A stretch of 63,475 bases of DNA, counting the filler, from Reclinomonas americana ATCC 50394 (lineage: Eukaryota): NCBI GenBank assembly GCA_048213135.1. It is 6 parts of 4 records of this genome, joined end to end, with 100 filler letters (N's around TTAATTAATTAA, not from the genome) between each part and the next. Parts side by side here need not be neighbours in the genome. Positions count along the whole stretch, not along the records: positions 40,105 to 44,748 come from PS015391.1; positions 44,849 to 55,162 come from PS015391.1; 4 more parts are not named here. The stretch is one strand, 5' to 3'. A program made the translations under genes and the position numbers. The notes below the pieces were generated by a model that saw nothing but the letters and a program-made list of their open reading frames with translations, was not told where the DNA came from and searched no databases. Positions 41,347-55,262 of this stretch are shown in pieces (within the stretch, counting starts at the first letter, position 1; each line of letters opens with the position of its first letter).

Positions 41347-42975
41347 GCACGGTGGACAACCTGAGATATCCACGGCCGGACTTGATTGACCAGTTGCCGC
41401 CAAGGCTGACGGGTACGCCGACGACGCTGCACAACATGTTGCCGATTGAGCAGCTCAGTGACATTACTGGAGGTTTGTGTCGGGGAAGCATATGTGCTAC
41501 GGGCTTGGTTTGTGTGTATTCACTGCGCACGCTGCAGCGGAACCATTGATCCCGACCGCGTGTCTGGACATTTACTCGTCGTTTGACGAGGGTCTGCTGA
41601 TGTCGCTGTCGCTGGAGAGCATCCAAAAGTCGCTGCACTTCTTGGGACCAAAGGTCGCGGCGTGCACCGAGGCCGACAAGCCAAATCTGCTCAGTGCGTT
41701 TGCCGTCGTGTACAGGACGCAAATATCGAATCCAGGTCTTTTTCATCGAGACATGCGCTATCTATCTTTGCTTCTCACGCACGCGCCACAGCAATTGCGA
41801 GATATCCACTGTTCCCGAATGGTTCGGCGTCACCTGGTCGTGGCCTACCCACCAGACCTGTGGATTACTTGCATGCGTTGCACGCTGTTGCGTTTCCGAT
41901 CTTCTCTACCTTCACTTGCTTTCCTCCTTTGCTCACCTGCGTGCGCAGGCGGGTGGCGAGGCGGACGACGAAGACGAAGACGACGGATCGGCCGCGGCCA
42001 AGAAGCGCAGGAAAAAGAAGAAGAAGAAGAAGAGCCGAGCCAAGGCGAATGGAGGGGTGGAGGGCGAGAGTGAGCTGCAGGCGACGGGGGCCGTATCCGG
42101 CGACGGAGCCGTGCCCGAAGACATGCCGGATCTGGAAGACACGAGCTCTGTGGAGGGCGGCGTGTCGGACTCGATCCGCGAATTGCCGCCAGGGCTCGCC
42201 GACTCTGCCATGGCACTTCCCATGGTTTGCCGCGTTTCTGCTGCACAAGTGCTGCTGGTCTCCTCCCTTACCACCTTTCTCTGCGCAGCCGTCAGAGTTC
42301 TCTCGCGGCATGTTTGTGGCCACATCCACATGGTACGCAGTGCTGCGAGCCGAGGTGGGTTCGAGTCATCGGATAGCCCTCGGCAAGGTGCGTTGGTGGT
42401 TTTTTTGAGTGCGTGAGTGTCGTTGATTCCTTTTCTCACCTTGTGTGCATTCGTGTAGGAGCGTGGTGACTCCGAGTTTGCGTACGGCGAGTTCGCCAAG
42501 GCGATTGGCAGCTACGGCTCAGTGGTCGAGTCGTGGGACTACTTTTGGGCGGATCCGCACATCTTGAATGCGACGCTGTGCAATCGGGCACTGGCGTACA
42601 TGAGACTGGTGAGTGATGCACGGCAAGGAGAGAGTGGTGCGAGTGAGTCGTCTCACTGTCTCGGCTGCTAATGCAGGGCGACTATGCACGGGCGCAACGC
42701 GACTGCGAGTACGTGTTGAGACACGATTCACGGAACGTCAAAGCGCTGTACCGGCACGCACTGTGCTGCAAGGAGCACGGTGATTTGCCGCAAGCCATTG
42801 AAGGTATCTATTTGTTCACCCACTCAATCTCTCCCACGCACATGCTGTGTGTGGTTCGTGACACCTGTCGTGTGCAGATGCATCGTCGTTGGTCACCTGG
42901 TTACCGGAGCACGCTGGAGCCGCGAATTTGCGTGCAGAACTGCTGTCCTCGTTGGATTTGCAGGCGATGGACTGA
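41347..42975 (+). CDS. TPR-domain protein, 5' partial
   Basis: ERGDSEFAYGEFAKAIGSY...LCNRALAYMRL|GDYARAQRDCEYVLRHDSRNVKALYRHALC; basic KKRRKKKKKKK NLS-like patch. Confidence 0.8.
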
Positions 42976-43116
42976 GATGGTGAGCGGAGGGACGAATAAA
43001 CCAAACGAGAGCACGGACGGATAGACGGAAATATCGAAACATTGGGTTGCTGTTGTGGGATTCATGTGCATTGAAGGTAGGAGAGGGAGACAGGATCGAG
43101 ACGAGTGCGGCGGTTC

Positions 43117-46100
43117 TCAGCGATTGCGAGACTTGTCACAAATGTGGTTCAGCTTGCGCGCGTGATCCAGCTTGTGGGCTTGCGTTCGGCATTCACGGCC
43201 CCACCTACAGTCACGGCGGCGTGTGCGTGTGTGAGGAGAAATGACGGATCTCTGCATGTGGGCCTCGCTCGGCACACGCACCAGCAGTTCGATCGATTCT
43301 TGGCCCAGTCGGGCATGTCGTCCTTTGTCAGTGCGGCACGGTACTGGTACAACAGCTCGGAGAACACGGAGAAGCAGCAGTTGCGGCACACGTACAGATC
43401 AGCGGTGACCGGGTTGCCGTTGCGAACTGAGCGCGACACGCAGACAATGGAGTCAACTACTGTCGTCGAACACGCGAATCAAGATGTACGCAACCCAGTG
43501 CCATCTCGTGATCGCGCAGGCGCTGCACGCAATCCTGGAACACATCGTTCGGTGTCAAGCCGCGCTGCGTCATGTGGTAGCGCACAATCTCCATCTCGGC
43601 GGGGTTGCTGTTGAGCGCGGTGGCCGGCAGCGCATCCATCGACCAGTCACCGAGCTTCTTCAGCGCACCGACCGCGCCCGACGCACACCCACCAAAGTAC
43701 TGGTCGCACATGAATATGCGGCAGAGGCCACCTGGGATGCACGTCAGCATTCTCCTGCATCACAATGTGGCCGCAGAGTTGCGCACGCAACAGGTCTGCA
43801 CACGCTGACAGCCGGCATCACGCATCGGCATGAGGCTGCGACAGAAGCCGCAGTACACATGTTGACCGGTGCACTGGAAGCCATCGGGGCCTGAGTGGAA
43901 GGGGAGATAAGGAGATTGGCACATACGGACGAAGGGAAGAAGAAGAACGGTCATCGCACCTGCAGCAACGCACTCGCGACACGTGGGTCGACCGAAACGC
44001 GGAATGTCGTCGTCGTCGTCACTGCCACTGTAGTCGTCCGAGTCCTCGTCGTCGCTGCCGTAGTCGTCGTCGTCGTCGCCACTGTCATCGTCATCGCGGC
44101 GACGGCGACCCACACGCATGCTGTGATCTCTGCCGGTGAGCCATGCACCTTGCGAGATTGATGCGCAGAAGAACCACACACCTCTCCGACGTGATCATGT
44201 TCATCTTGTCCAACTCGGCAATGTCGTCGGGTGAGCGCTTGGCCTCCGGATGTGACTGCCGAGAGAAGCAAGTGACGTGAGCAGAAGGAAGAATGGAAGA
44301 GAAGAGACCATGATGTGGTGCACCTCCAGATACGCCTCCACCACTGCAAACCAAGCGATTCGGTGAGACCCAGGGAGGAAAGAGTGACATCGACGGTATG
44401 GTACGCAACAATTGCTAACAGTGTGATTGCGGTGCACGACCTCAACACGACGGCGGCATTGCGGGCACGTCTTGTTGCTCTTCAGCCACTGGCTCATGCA
44501 CGGCGCACAGAATGTGTGCATGCCTGTCACACAAATGTCAACTCGTGGCAGTTCACATTCACACCTGGGAGAGCGAACGCAACAAGGCATGGCCGAGACC
44601 GCCAGGTACAAAACCTCGTAGCACACCGGGCATTGCAGTTCCGACTCGAGTTTCTTGTGCTGTGCACACACACACACACATAGTTGTGAGCGACAGCGAC
44701 TTTACACAAGAATAAGAAAAGAATGTGAGTGTGTCACGCACCAGACGCNNNNNNNNNNNNNNNNNNNNNNNNNNNNNNNNNNNNNNNNNNNNTTAATTAA
44801 TTAANNNNNNNNNNNNNNNNNNNNNNNNNNNNNNNNNNNNNNNNNNNNGTGTCGCTGCTGGACGAGCCAGCAGCGGCCGACGCCGACGCAGGCGGCGGCG
44901 CAGCGGCCGAAGCCGCCGCCGACTCACCCACTTTGCGGATTTTGGTCGGCGGCTGACCATCATCGTCGGCCGCATCCAGCGTGGCCAGCAGCGGTGCAGC
45001 GGAGGGCGAGTCCGCCGTCGACAGCGAACGCTTGCGCTTGATCAGGTACGGCGACTTGTGCATGCGATCCTGCATGACCACCGTGTACGACGGCAACGAA
45101 TCCACGACAGCCGCAGGTGCTGCTGCTGCTGCTGCTGCTGCCGACGGCTCACCGCGTGGCGGCAAGCACAGCGACACCACATCATTGTGTCGCAGCGACA
45201 CGGACTTGTTCTTGCCGACAGCGGTGCAGTTCACAAACGTGCCGTTCGTGCTGCANNNNNNNNNNNNNNNNNNNNNNNNNNNNNNNNNNNNNNNNNNNNN
45301 NNNNNNNNNNNNNNNNNNNNNNNNNNNNNNNNNNNNNNNNNNNNNNNNNNNNNNNNNNNNNNNNNNNNNNNNNNNNNNNNNNNNNNNNNNNNNNNNNNNN
45401 NNNNNNNNNNNNNNNNNNNNNNNNNNNNNNNNNNNNNNNNNNNNNNNNNNNNNNNNNNNNNNNNNNNNNNNNNNNNNNNNNNNNNNNNNNNNNNNNNNNN
45501 NNNNNNNNNNNNNNNNNNNNNNNNNNNNNNNNNNNNNNNNNNNNNNNNNNNNNNNNNNNNNNNNNNNNNNNNNNNNNNNNNNNNNNNNNNNNNNNNNNNN
45601 NNNNNNNNNNNNNNNNNNNNNNNNNNNNNNNNNNNNNNNNNNNNNNNNNNNNNNNNNNNNNNNNNNNNNNNNNNNNNNNNNNNNNNNNNNNNNNNNNNNN
45701 NNNNNNNNNNNNNNNNNNNNNNNNNNNNNNNNNNNNNNNNNNNNNNNNNNNNNNNNNNNNNNNNNNNNNNNNNNNNNNNNNNNNNNNNNNNNNNNNNNNN
45801 NNNNNNNNNNNNNNNNNNNNNNNNNNNNNNNNNNNNNNNNNNNNNNNNNNNNNNNNNNNNNNNNNNNNNNNNNNNNNNNNNNNNNNNNNNNNNNNNNNNN
45901 NNNNNNNNNNNNNNNNNNNNNNNNNNNNNNNNNNNNNNNNNNNNNNNNNNNNNNNNNNNNNNNNNNNNNNNNNNNNNNNNNNNNNNNNNNNNNNNNNNNN
46001 NNNNNNNNNNNNNNNNNNNNNNNNNNNNNNNNNNNNNNNNNNNNNNNNNNTTTGCAGAGAGTGGTCAGCACATCTCCACACACCTGCACACTCCTGCACA

Positions 46101-46500
46101 ACAAACCTGAGGTCCTTGACCACCAAGTAACCGCGTCCACTGGCCGCATCCTGCTCATACCACACCGCACAGTGCCGCGCCGACACTCGGCGATCATCGA
46201 AACGACACTCGTCGGGCAGCTCGGGTCGTCGCCCAATCACCACTGCCGACTCCTCGTTGAGATTGCGCGAGGAGAAGACACCAATGGGTTGCAAAGAGGC
46301 GGGCCCAGCCGAGTACGATGCGCCAACGGGGACGAGACGGGCAACAGGCTGCTCCACCTGTGACTGATTGAGCGCAGAGTGAGTGAGTGCAATGAATTGC
46401 AGACAACTGTGCGCGTGATGTGCACCTCGTCGTCTTTGGTGGAGGAAGAGAGGTCGGCGGCATCCGCGTCAGTGATCTCCAGAGTGGCGTCCAGCGACAT
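43117..46500 (-). CDS. CHFR: E3 ubiquitin ligase CHFR (FHA, RING, Cys-rich and PBZ domains); spans a scaffold spacer
   Basis: FHA IGRR...VSARHC...DLSTNGTFVN; RING CPVC...PCMHTFCAPC...CPQCR; PBZ NCWWGRECRTQAHKLDHARKLNHIC. Confidence 0.93.
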
Positions 46501-46590
46501 GTGACCAGCGCACACACACCAACAAAGAAGAGAGATAAGAAGAGCGCGCGAATTGGTCAGTCCTGCAGGCGGTCGACATCGACTCGCAAG

Positions 46591-48150
46591 ATGACTGCAG
46601 TTGCGCGCTCACCACTCTCACTCTTTGCTCACTCACATACTCACTGTAATCAGGTGCCCACCTTTGGCCACGCGCTTGGACGCGAGCATTTCGGCTTGGC
46701 GGCGACCTATCGCAACTTCAATCATGGCTCGTTCGGGTCGGCTCCTCGCGCAGTCACCTCTGCGCGACGACGATACGAGGACTTGTGTGAGGTGCGTCTC
46801 CTTCTCTTTCACACACATCTCCTTGGTGTCTCAATGCTGGCGTGCAGGAACGCCCGGATCGATGGTTCCGCGAAACCTTTTACCAACTGTGTCGTGAGTC
46901 GCGTGAGGCACTGAGCGCCTACCTCAACGTGCCGGGATCTGTCGATGATTTGGTGCTGGTGGAGAACGCGTCCACGGCGGTCAACTCGGTGCTGCGATCG
47001 ATGCAGTGGAACGAAGGCGATGTCATTCTCTACTTTTCCAACACGTGCGTGCGCTCTCGAGAAGCTTCTGTTGCTCAACTGAGAGACTCTCGACTCGACT
47101 TACACTCTTCGCCTTTGTTCCGCAGGTATCCCATGATCCCGTACACGGCAGAGTGGATTCGCGATCTGCAGTCGTATCGTGTGTCGCTGCGACTTGTCAC
47201 GGTGCCGCTGCACTTCCCGCTCGTGGACAAGGAGTCGGTGTTGGGGCCGCTGCGTGAGACGCTGCAGTCGCTGGTTGCGGAGGGCGCCCGGGTGCGTGTG
47301 GCGTTTGTGTGCCACGTCAGCTCCATGCCGACGGTGGTGATGCCGGTGCAAGAGATGGTGGCCGAGTTGCGCGGCTCGGGCGTGGTCGACAGTGTGTTTG
47401 TGGACGGCGCGCATGCCATTGGGCAAGTGCCGATCGACCTCACGGCCATGGCACCCGACTACTACACCGCCAACTGCCACAAGTGGCTGTACGCGCCCAA
47501 GGTATGTGCAAAAGAGACACAAGATCGCCGCTTCGAAGACTGAGATGTAAAACGCAACACAGGGCGCTGCCGTGTTCTATGTGCGCCCCGAGTTGCAGAC
47601 GGAGTTGTCGCCGCAGCCGACGGTGATCTCCAGCACTGGCATGCGCGGTTTCGTTGACCGCTTCGCGTACACGGGAACACGCGACTACACGCCGTTCACC
47701 TCGATCAAGGACGCGCTGCAGTTTCGCAACGAGGTGTTGGGCGGCGACGAGGCCATTCGTGACTACGTGGGCGAGCTTGCACGCTGGGCGGGTCACTACC
47801 TCGCCGAACAGTGGGGCACCAGGGTGCTTGTGCCTGACGGCATGGTGGGTCGGGCGAGGAGGGGGGTTGATGACCACCATGTCACTGCACGCTGACATCT
47901 TCTTGATTTCCAGATTGGTTTCATGACGAATGTGGAGCTGCCGGTGCGCAGTTTCGCCGAAGCGCAGCGCCTGCAGGAGCGTCTCGATAAGCAGCACGAC
48001 GCGTACATGACGGTGCTGCAGGTGGACGACATTGTGTACAGCCGCATCTCGGCACAGGTGTACATGGAGAAGGAGGACTATCAGTGGCTGGCACGCATGG
48101 TGCCGGAGGTGCTGGCGTCGATGCGAGAGGGCGAGGCCGGTGAAGCATGA
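46591..48150 (+). CDS. Class-V PLP-dependent enzyme (L-cysteine desulfhydrase / Egt2 / isopenicillin-N epimerase-like)
   Basis: FNHGSFGSAP, VENASTAVN, VDGAHAIGQ, YTANCHKWLYAPKG, YTGTRDY, RISAQVY. Confidence 0.9.
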
Positions 48151-48250
48151 GAGTAATACACACATCTTTTTTGTCTTTAATCAACTACAGCAAAGCAAGG
48201 AAAAGCAACAACAAGAACAACGACACCAATACTAAGACACGAAAGAAATT

Positions 48251-51200
48251 CTAGCGAGCGGAGGCAGCGGCCGCTGGCCGCTGCGGGGTGTGGTACAGAT
48301 TCGGGTCATTGCTGGTGGCAACTCTGGCGGCGGCACACGTCGGTGAGTTCCTCATATCGCAGAGCAAGCAGAGATGGCACGCAACAACAGCCGCAACTTC
48401 CTGCTGAGCTCCTCCAGCACGGCCTCACGCTCCTCAGCGGAGAGCGACTGTGGGGAGTACGATCGGAAAATCATCTGGTTGTCACTCGAATCCTGTGGCA
48501 GGTCGGGCAGCGTCCGCTCAAGCGGTGGACCGCCGACCCACAGCGGTCGCGACGATTGCCTGTGGCGACAGCGAGTGAGTGGGCGGTTGGATGAACGTGT
48601 ACATGGCAGCACTCTCACCGAGGCGGATTGTGCAACACGTCGCCAATCGCCACCAAGTCAGGCGTGTGCACTGCGCGCTGACCCGACAGCGCCTCGTACA
48701 ACTGCTTCTTCTCTGATCGGATGGCCTTGTTGATGGCCGGAATGCCTGCAATGCTGTGAGGACGCCACATACACACGGAACGAGCACCTCTTGATCAACG
48801 CAACATTGCCGAGGAATGGCGCCCGTCTGCACCATTTGCACCAAGTCATCCAGTGCCTTCACATGGCGCTCGGTGCTCATTGTTTCCGCTGGCGCATTCG
48901 CTGCTGCTGCTGCTGCTGTCGTCGCTGTCGTGGTGGACGACGAGTCAGCATTGCCGTCGGCAGCGGTGGCCGAGCGGAACGCACGCCCACGGGCCGTCAT
49001 GCGCGACCCGTTGTCGGAGGAAGCGACTGGCGAGTGTGGTGTTCGTCCACTGAGAGGTGGAGGTGCCGGTCGAGCACCAACTGCTGCAATAGCGGCAAGG
49101 AAACAGTGTGAGACGCCAGCCGACAAGGATTCCCACTTCGCCAGCTGACAAACCCAGGAGCGACGTGGGAGTGGCCAGGCGCTGCAATCCAGTCGGTAGT
49201 GTCCGTGGTGTCTGTGCCACGGTCGAAGCAGACGACAGCGGCATCTCTCTCCGCTGTCGGCTGTTGTGACGGTCGCTCACGGGTGGCAGATTCGGGGCCG
49301 AGTGCGCGGTCCCCGGCACCTTGCCCATCCTGAATCGCAACACAATGAGAAGGAGGGGGAACAAGAATCAGGCAGCAGCAAGCAAACTTACATTGTGGAG
49401 GCGCTGGCGGCCGTAGCCGAGCGTGTGGTGGTCGTCCCGGACATGGGCTGGCCCCACGCCGACGCCGATCCGAATGCCACCATCGGTGACGGCTCGGGCA
49501 GTGGTGCACGCGGTGGACTCGCCTCAGTCACGTCGGGCAGGAATTCGGTGAACTCCAGAATCGTGCGCTTCGCAATCACCTCCTCCAGCACAAACGTGTG
49601 TCGAAGTCGCGGACCACGCATCGTGCGCGCCGATTGCACTCCGTTCTGATGCACCGACGACTTGATTCCCGCACCAAAGCCATCCTCGTCGTCCATCTGC
49701 TCTCGCCCACGACACGGAGTGGTGAGGAAGGATGAGCAGGCAAGGAGTCAGAGATGGAAGCGAGTGCGTACCGCTCGCATGCCAGCAAGCCGGAGAGAGG
49801 GCACGGAAGGTGGTGGGTGTCGCGTGCCAAAGGCCAGCGGTATGCCGGTGCCACGGGAGGCACTCGTGGGCGACACAATCTCGGGTCTCCGCGTCGACTG
49901 CGCTGACGGTTGTGGCTGCGGCTGCGGCAGCGGAAATGACTGCCGACTCCTCCGTCGCTGTCCCTGGCGACCAGACGAGTGCGCAATGTGCATGTTGACC
50001 ACGGTCGGCACCGACAGGTCGGCGTTGCGTTGAATGCCGGTGGCTGTGCACCATGAAGAGGTTTGGTCGGTGACGGACGGAGAAAAGGGGAATAGCGTAG
50101 CACACAAACCAGTCACTCGCGCCGAAGGCACCACCGAGGCTCCTGTCGTCGACTCCCCTTGTTGCTTTCTGTGCTCCAGGTCAGTGGATCGGAGAACTGC
50201 TGCTGCTGCTGCGCACGCGATCCACCACGCACCTCTCCAGCAACTTGCGCACACGGCGAGCGCGCTCCGTGGCATACTGTTGCCGCATTTCACGCCACGT
50301 CGGGAAGGTGCGCTCCAGCAGCGACTTGGCGAGGTCGTAGTACTCTCGCGAATCAACCGAGTCCGTCCAGGCTGTGTGCGCACGCGCACGTATCAGCACC
50401 ACACGTTGCGAGAACACAGAAAGCAGAAGAGTGTAGGCGAGGCGCAACTGTCGATAATCTCAAACATGGAATCGAAAAAGAGCGCAAACGTGATGAATGG
50501 TTCGTGTGTGCGATCCTGGTCCCACTCCGCCTGTGTGCAGATCGTGAGTGAGGCTGGAAAGAGCTGGTAAAGACGCGTGCATGCACAACGCAGTCGCACC
50601 TCGAGAAGCCTGTCTATTTCCGCACTGGTGAAGCCCACCATGAGCGTGCTCAACACTTGCGCGAAGAACATGCGGTACTCGCCGCGCGAGAGCACGCCAT
50701 CGTAATCCGCGTCGGCGCATTCCCAAAGCTGTGTAGAGTGAGCAAGGGAGGATGTGAAGAGTGGAGAGTGGACGAGGATGGCGCACCGCGTGAAACACAT
50801 CAGTCAGCTGCGGGTCGCGGTACGTTCGTGCACGCTCCACAGCCGCCACCTCCGTGTGCTTGTTCACAGCACTCTGCCGCCAGGCCGGTAATTGTACAGC
50901 GCTGCCGCGAGATCGCAGAGTGAGTTGTAATGCGAGACGACAATGGGCACGGGCACGGCACGCACGGATCGTACTCGATCTCGACCTGACCAGACTGCAA
51001 CAACTCGTACATGACAAGCTTGTCTGCGCACGCCAGTTCACATGTGAGATGATTGCGGTCACGGAAAGGACAGCAAGCGACGCAGACTATACACAACATC
51101 TGTCGACACGCTCCCGCCGCGAGTAGGCCGACGAGAGGAAGAGGGAGCCCTTGAGCACCCCACGCTGCGCATGCGAGTGAGAGGCGAAACTTTAGACAAA

Positions 51201-52985
51201 GAAATGCGAAATTGTCGTCCACACCTGCTCTCCCACTGCTCGACTGAGGCCGGCAGGCGGTGCCAGTGGTGGCACAGTGCCCGGTGTGCTGCTCCCCTTG
51301 GCCTTCTTCTTCTTACTCTTCTTCTTGGCACTCTTGTTCTCTTCCCCATCGCCATCCGCCGCGTCGCTACCGTGAGACGCAACCAGCGGCTCCACGCGTC
51401 TCCGGGGCAGCGCGGCGACTGGTCGACCATCGGCCGTCGTGGCGGTGGTGATGTTGAAGTTGGAGAGCGTGGCCGGCCCGCCGTCGGTGGATGAAGGTGC
51501 GCCGTCGCCCGAGGTGGGGTTCTGGAGAGGGAAGGGTAAGAAGGGCGTGAGAAGTGCATCGAAGTACCGACGCGGAAAGACAGTGCAGCGGGGATCGTAC
51601 AATGAGAGAAAGCACAACTTGCGGAAACAACGACGAGTGTCACAAGAGGGCGACTCAAGGGAGTATCGGAGAGTACGAGGAGGTGCTTGCAGAAGGGACG
51701 AGCAGAATGATCGCACAGGAGAAGAGCATCAGAGGGGCGGGAAAGAGTCACGCAGCACGGGGGATCGCAGAAGGGGAGAGAAGAAGACCGCGCGAAGGGA
51801 CGAGACTGAATCGCACAGGGTGCATCGGAGAGGGGTGATTGAATCACACCGAAGTGTAAAGGAATCGCGAATGAATCACACAGGAGTGACAAGGCAGCGC
51901 GACAGGGTTGAATAGTACCGCGAAGGAACGAGAAGCGCATATACAGAGGGTGCGAAGAGGGATTGCGAATGGTTGAGAAACGCACTGCGAACGCATCGCG
52001 AAGGGATGACAAACACATCGCGAATGGTGAGACTCAATCGCATCGGAGTGAACAGACATAGCGAGCGCATGAGAAGCGCACAACAATCGCGAAGGGAAGG
52101 AGAACGGAGTGCAAACGGGTTGTAAAGTATCGCAAAGGAACGAGAACAGTTTGCAGAGGAGACAGACGCGCATCACAGAGCGATGGGTTGAACAATGTGA
52201 ACAGCTGAAAAGTATCGCGAAGAACGAGAAGTGCATCATGGAGGGTGCGAAGAGGGATCGCGAGCGCAGGAGAAACGCATCATAGAGATGTGAAGAGCAC
52301 ACGCATCGCAGAGACGCAAGACACGCGCATCCACGGAAAGGGATCGCTGCCACAGTTGACCTGCAGCAGTCGATATCTCCCCAAACAAGCAGAACATCAA
52401 GCGCGGTAACTCACTGTCGGTTCTCCATCCACAGCAGGCGCAATCTCCGGCGGCGCTACACCCCACAAAAAGCGTCAGACACTTATATCTCGGATAAAAA
52501 AAAAACCCAACCAACAAATAAACACATGAATGAAGCAACAATGAGGCGCAACAATGATACGCGTTTTCTGTGCCAAGCAACTGCGCTCGGAGTGCGCCCG
52601 TCCACGAGCCCACTTGCACAATGTCCAACACCAAAAGCTGAGAGAGAGTGAGAAAAAAGACACAAGAGAGAGTGAGAGAGACACACTTGAGCACGTGCCT
52701 GCCAGAGAGCACATTGACGAACAATGGCGCTGTTGTTTGAATGAGAGAGAGAGCGTGTGAGTGTGTGTGTGAGAGAGAGGAAAGAGACGTCGCACTGTCT
52801 TTTTCTCTCACTCACCGACGACGTTGTACTGTAGTCGGTGACGCCTGATTGGCAGCAGCTGTCCCACCACCGCCACCTCCTCCGCGACTGAGAGAGAGAG
52901 AAAGAGAGAGTGAGTGCGTGGAAGTCAGACGCGTGCTCACAAACAGACGACGAAACTAAGATCGCGGGGAAGGCATCAGCTCCAT
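48251..52985 (-). CDS. Large multi-exon protein with an EF-hand-like region and long low-complexity tail; 5' exons uncertain
   Basis: LWECADADYDGVLSRGEY...FFDSMFEIIDTWTDSVDSREYYDL; chain of GT-AG-bounded open exons. Confidence 0.6.
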
Positions 52986-53151
52986 GAGCGCCCCACTCTC
53001 TTTCGCTCACTCACTCACTCAAAAGAACGCGAGTGTGGAGATGTGTGTGCGTGCGGAAATGTGTGTCAGCCGTCAACGTCCGGTCGACGTTGCGCCGTCC
53101 CGCGGTCCCGGCGCAGCGATTGTCCATCACTCATTGTGCGATTTGTGTGCG

Positions 53152-54985
53152 ATGGTGGTGCGTTTGTGTGAGAGTGAGAGACAAGAGTGTGTGTGTGTGT
53201 GTGTGTCAGGCAGCACAGAGGAGAAGAAAGAGTATCGGACAATATGACTTTTATCACAGAAAGTCAGAGTGATTGAGAAGAGAGAAGAGCTCTCTCTGTG
53301 TCTTCTCTGTCTGTCTCTGTGTGCATGTTCAAGGCGTGTTGTTTGACTCTGTTTGTGATTTTTTGTGATTTATAGGGAGTGATTCTTGCGACATCGAGTT
53401 ACGATCATACGATTCGGTTGTGGGAGGCTCCGAGCGGGATTTGTTATCGCACTCTGCAGTATCAGGATAGCGTTGCGTTTCTCTCTGTGTGTGTGGGTGT
53501 TGGGGCAGAGGGAGGGCGAGGGAGGGAGGGAGGAGTGGGAGGGAGGGAGGGAGAGAGAGAAGAGCAGAGGAGAGACGTGCGCTCTCTCCATGCTCCCTCA
53601 GTCTGCTAGTGTGTCACCTCCCTCTCTAACTACGAGACGAACAGATGTGGGGACAAGAAAGTGCGTTCTGAGCGAGAATGCATGAGAGGGAGAGCAGAGA
53701 GAGAGAGAGAGAGACCTGCGCTGTTCCTTTCCCACTCTTCCGCATCAGCTTGTGTGTCACCTCCGTCTCTGACTACGAGACGAACAGATGCGGGGACAAG
53801 AAAGCGAGAAAGCACGAGAGAGAGGAGCTGTGTGCTCTTCCTTTCCCACTCTCTCTCAGTCTGCATGTGTGTCGCCTCCCTCTCTGACTACGAGACGAAC
53901 AGATGCGGGGACAAGAAAGCGAGAAAGAGGGAGATCGTCTCTCGTTCTCACTCCGTCTCAGTCTTCTTGTTTGTCGCCTTGCTCTCTGCGTACTGACAAG
54001 AGACAAGAAGAGTGTTCTGAGCGAGAATGCAAGAGAGGGAGAGAGGCCTGTGCTCTCCTCCCACTCTCCGCAGTCTGCTTGTGTGTCGCCTTTCTAAAGC
54101 AAGTGAGAAAGACCAGGAAGAGAGGCCTGTGCTCTCCTTCCCACTCCTCAGTCTGCTTTTTCTCTGAATGCGAACGGGTGAGATGCGATCTGAGCGAGAA
54201 AGCAAGAGAGGGAGAGCAGAGATAGACATCGTCTCTCGTTCCCACTCTTCTCCAGTCCGCTTCCTCGCTGTGTGCGAACGGTAGAGTTGTGGAGACAAGA
54301 AGTATGTTCTGAGAGGCACCGTCTCGCATGCCCTTGCTTGTGTGTGGCGTCACTCTCGGAGCACGACGTGGCATGTCTGTTCCCCGTCGCTCTCCACTCA
54401 CTCTCTCTCTCTCTCTCTCCCAACCTTGCAGCAAGTAAACTGCCTGTGCACCACCCCCGACCGCCAGTTCCTGGCCGCCGGTGGCCATTCACATATTCGC
54501 CTGTTTGATCTCAACTCGAAGAACCCACAGCCGGTGCGTTTCTTTCTTGACCTGCTTCTCCTCCCTTGTCAAGTCCTCAAGCGCACGCCACGATGCAGGT
54601 GGCCAACTTTGAGGGGCACACCAACAATGTCACCTCGATTGGGTTTCAGCGCGACGGCCGGTGGATGTACAGTGGATCGGAGGACGGCACGATTCGTGTG
54701 TGGGATGTGCGGTGCGTGTGTGCCTGCGTGCAATGTGTCACATGGCGTGTTCTGTGGACTCACTGCTTTCATACACACAGAACAAGTCAAGTGCAGCGGG
54801 AACTGAAGCACAGCGCGGCAGTCAACTCGGTGGCGCTGCATCCGAATGAGGTTTGTAGTGGGGTTGGCGAGTCATTCGTCCCATTTTCTCACATCATCTG
54901 TGAGCAGCGGCAATTCTTCTCTGGCGACCAACATGGTAATATTCGCGTGTGGGACATCAACATGAACGAGTGCTCGCTCGAGCTG
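53152..54985 (+). CDS. LST8: TOR complex subunit LST8, 3' truncated at the scaffold end
   Basis: [39 protein letters not shown]...[31 protein letters not shown]. Confidence 0.97.
53560..54300. repeat. Degenerate intronic tandem repeat in LST8 intron 2
   Basis: Core ctacgagacgaacagatg(c/t)ggggacaagaaag recurs near 53630, 53773 and 53888, with more diverged units after it. Confidence 0.8.
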
Positions 54986-54992
54986 GTGAGTG

Positions 54993-55162
54993 GGAGGCGA
55001 GGGAGTGGGAGCGAGAGAGCAGAGGCGAGGGAGTGGGAGCGAGAGAGCGGAGGCGAGGGAGTGGGAGCGAGGGAGCGGAGGCGAGGGAGTGGGAGCGAGA
55101 GAGCAGAGGCGAGGGAGTGGGAGCGAGAGAGCAGAGGCGAGGGAGTGAGAGCGAGAGAGCAG
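54993..55162. repeat. Approximately 28-bp purine-rich minisatellite
   Basis: About 6 copies of gaggcgagggagtgggagcgagagagc(a/g) running into a gap. Confidence 0.9.
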
Positions 55163-55262
55163 NNNNNNNNNNNNNNNNNNNNNNNNNNNNNNNNNNNNNN
55201 NNNNNNTTAATTAATTAANNNNNNNNNNNNNNNNNNNNNNNNNNNNNNNNNNNNNNNNNNNN

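Noticed and set aside
53326..53376. GC-AG first intron for LST8 (ATGTTCAAG|GCGTGT)
   Set aside because: A canonical alternative, ATGGTG|GTGCGT at 53152-53158, gives the same phase with a consensus donor.
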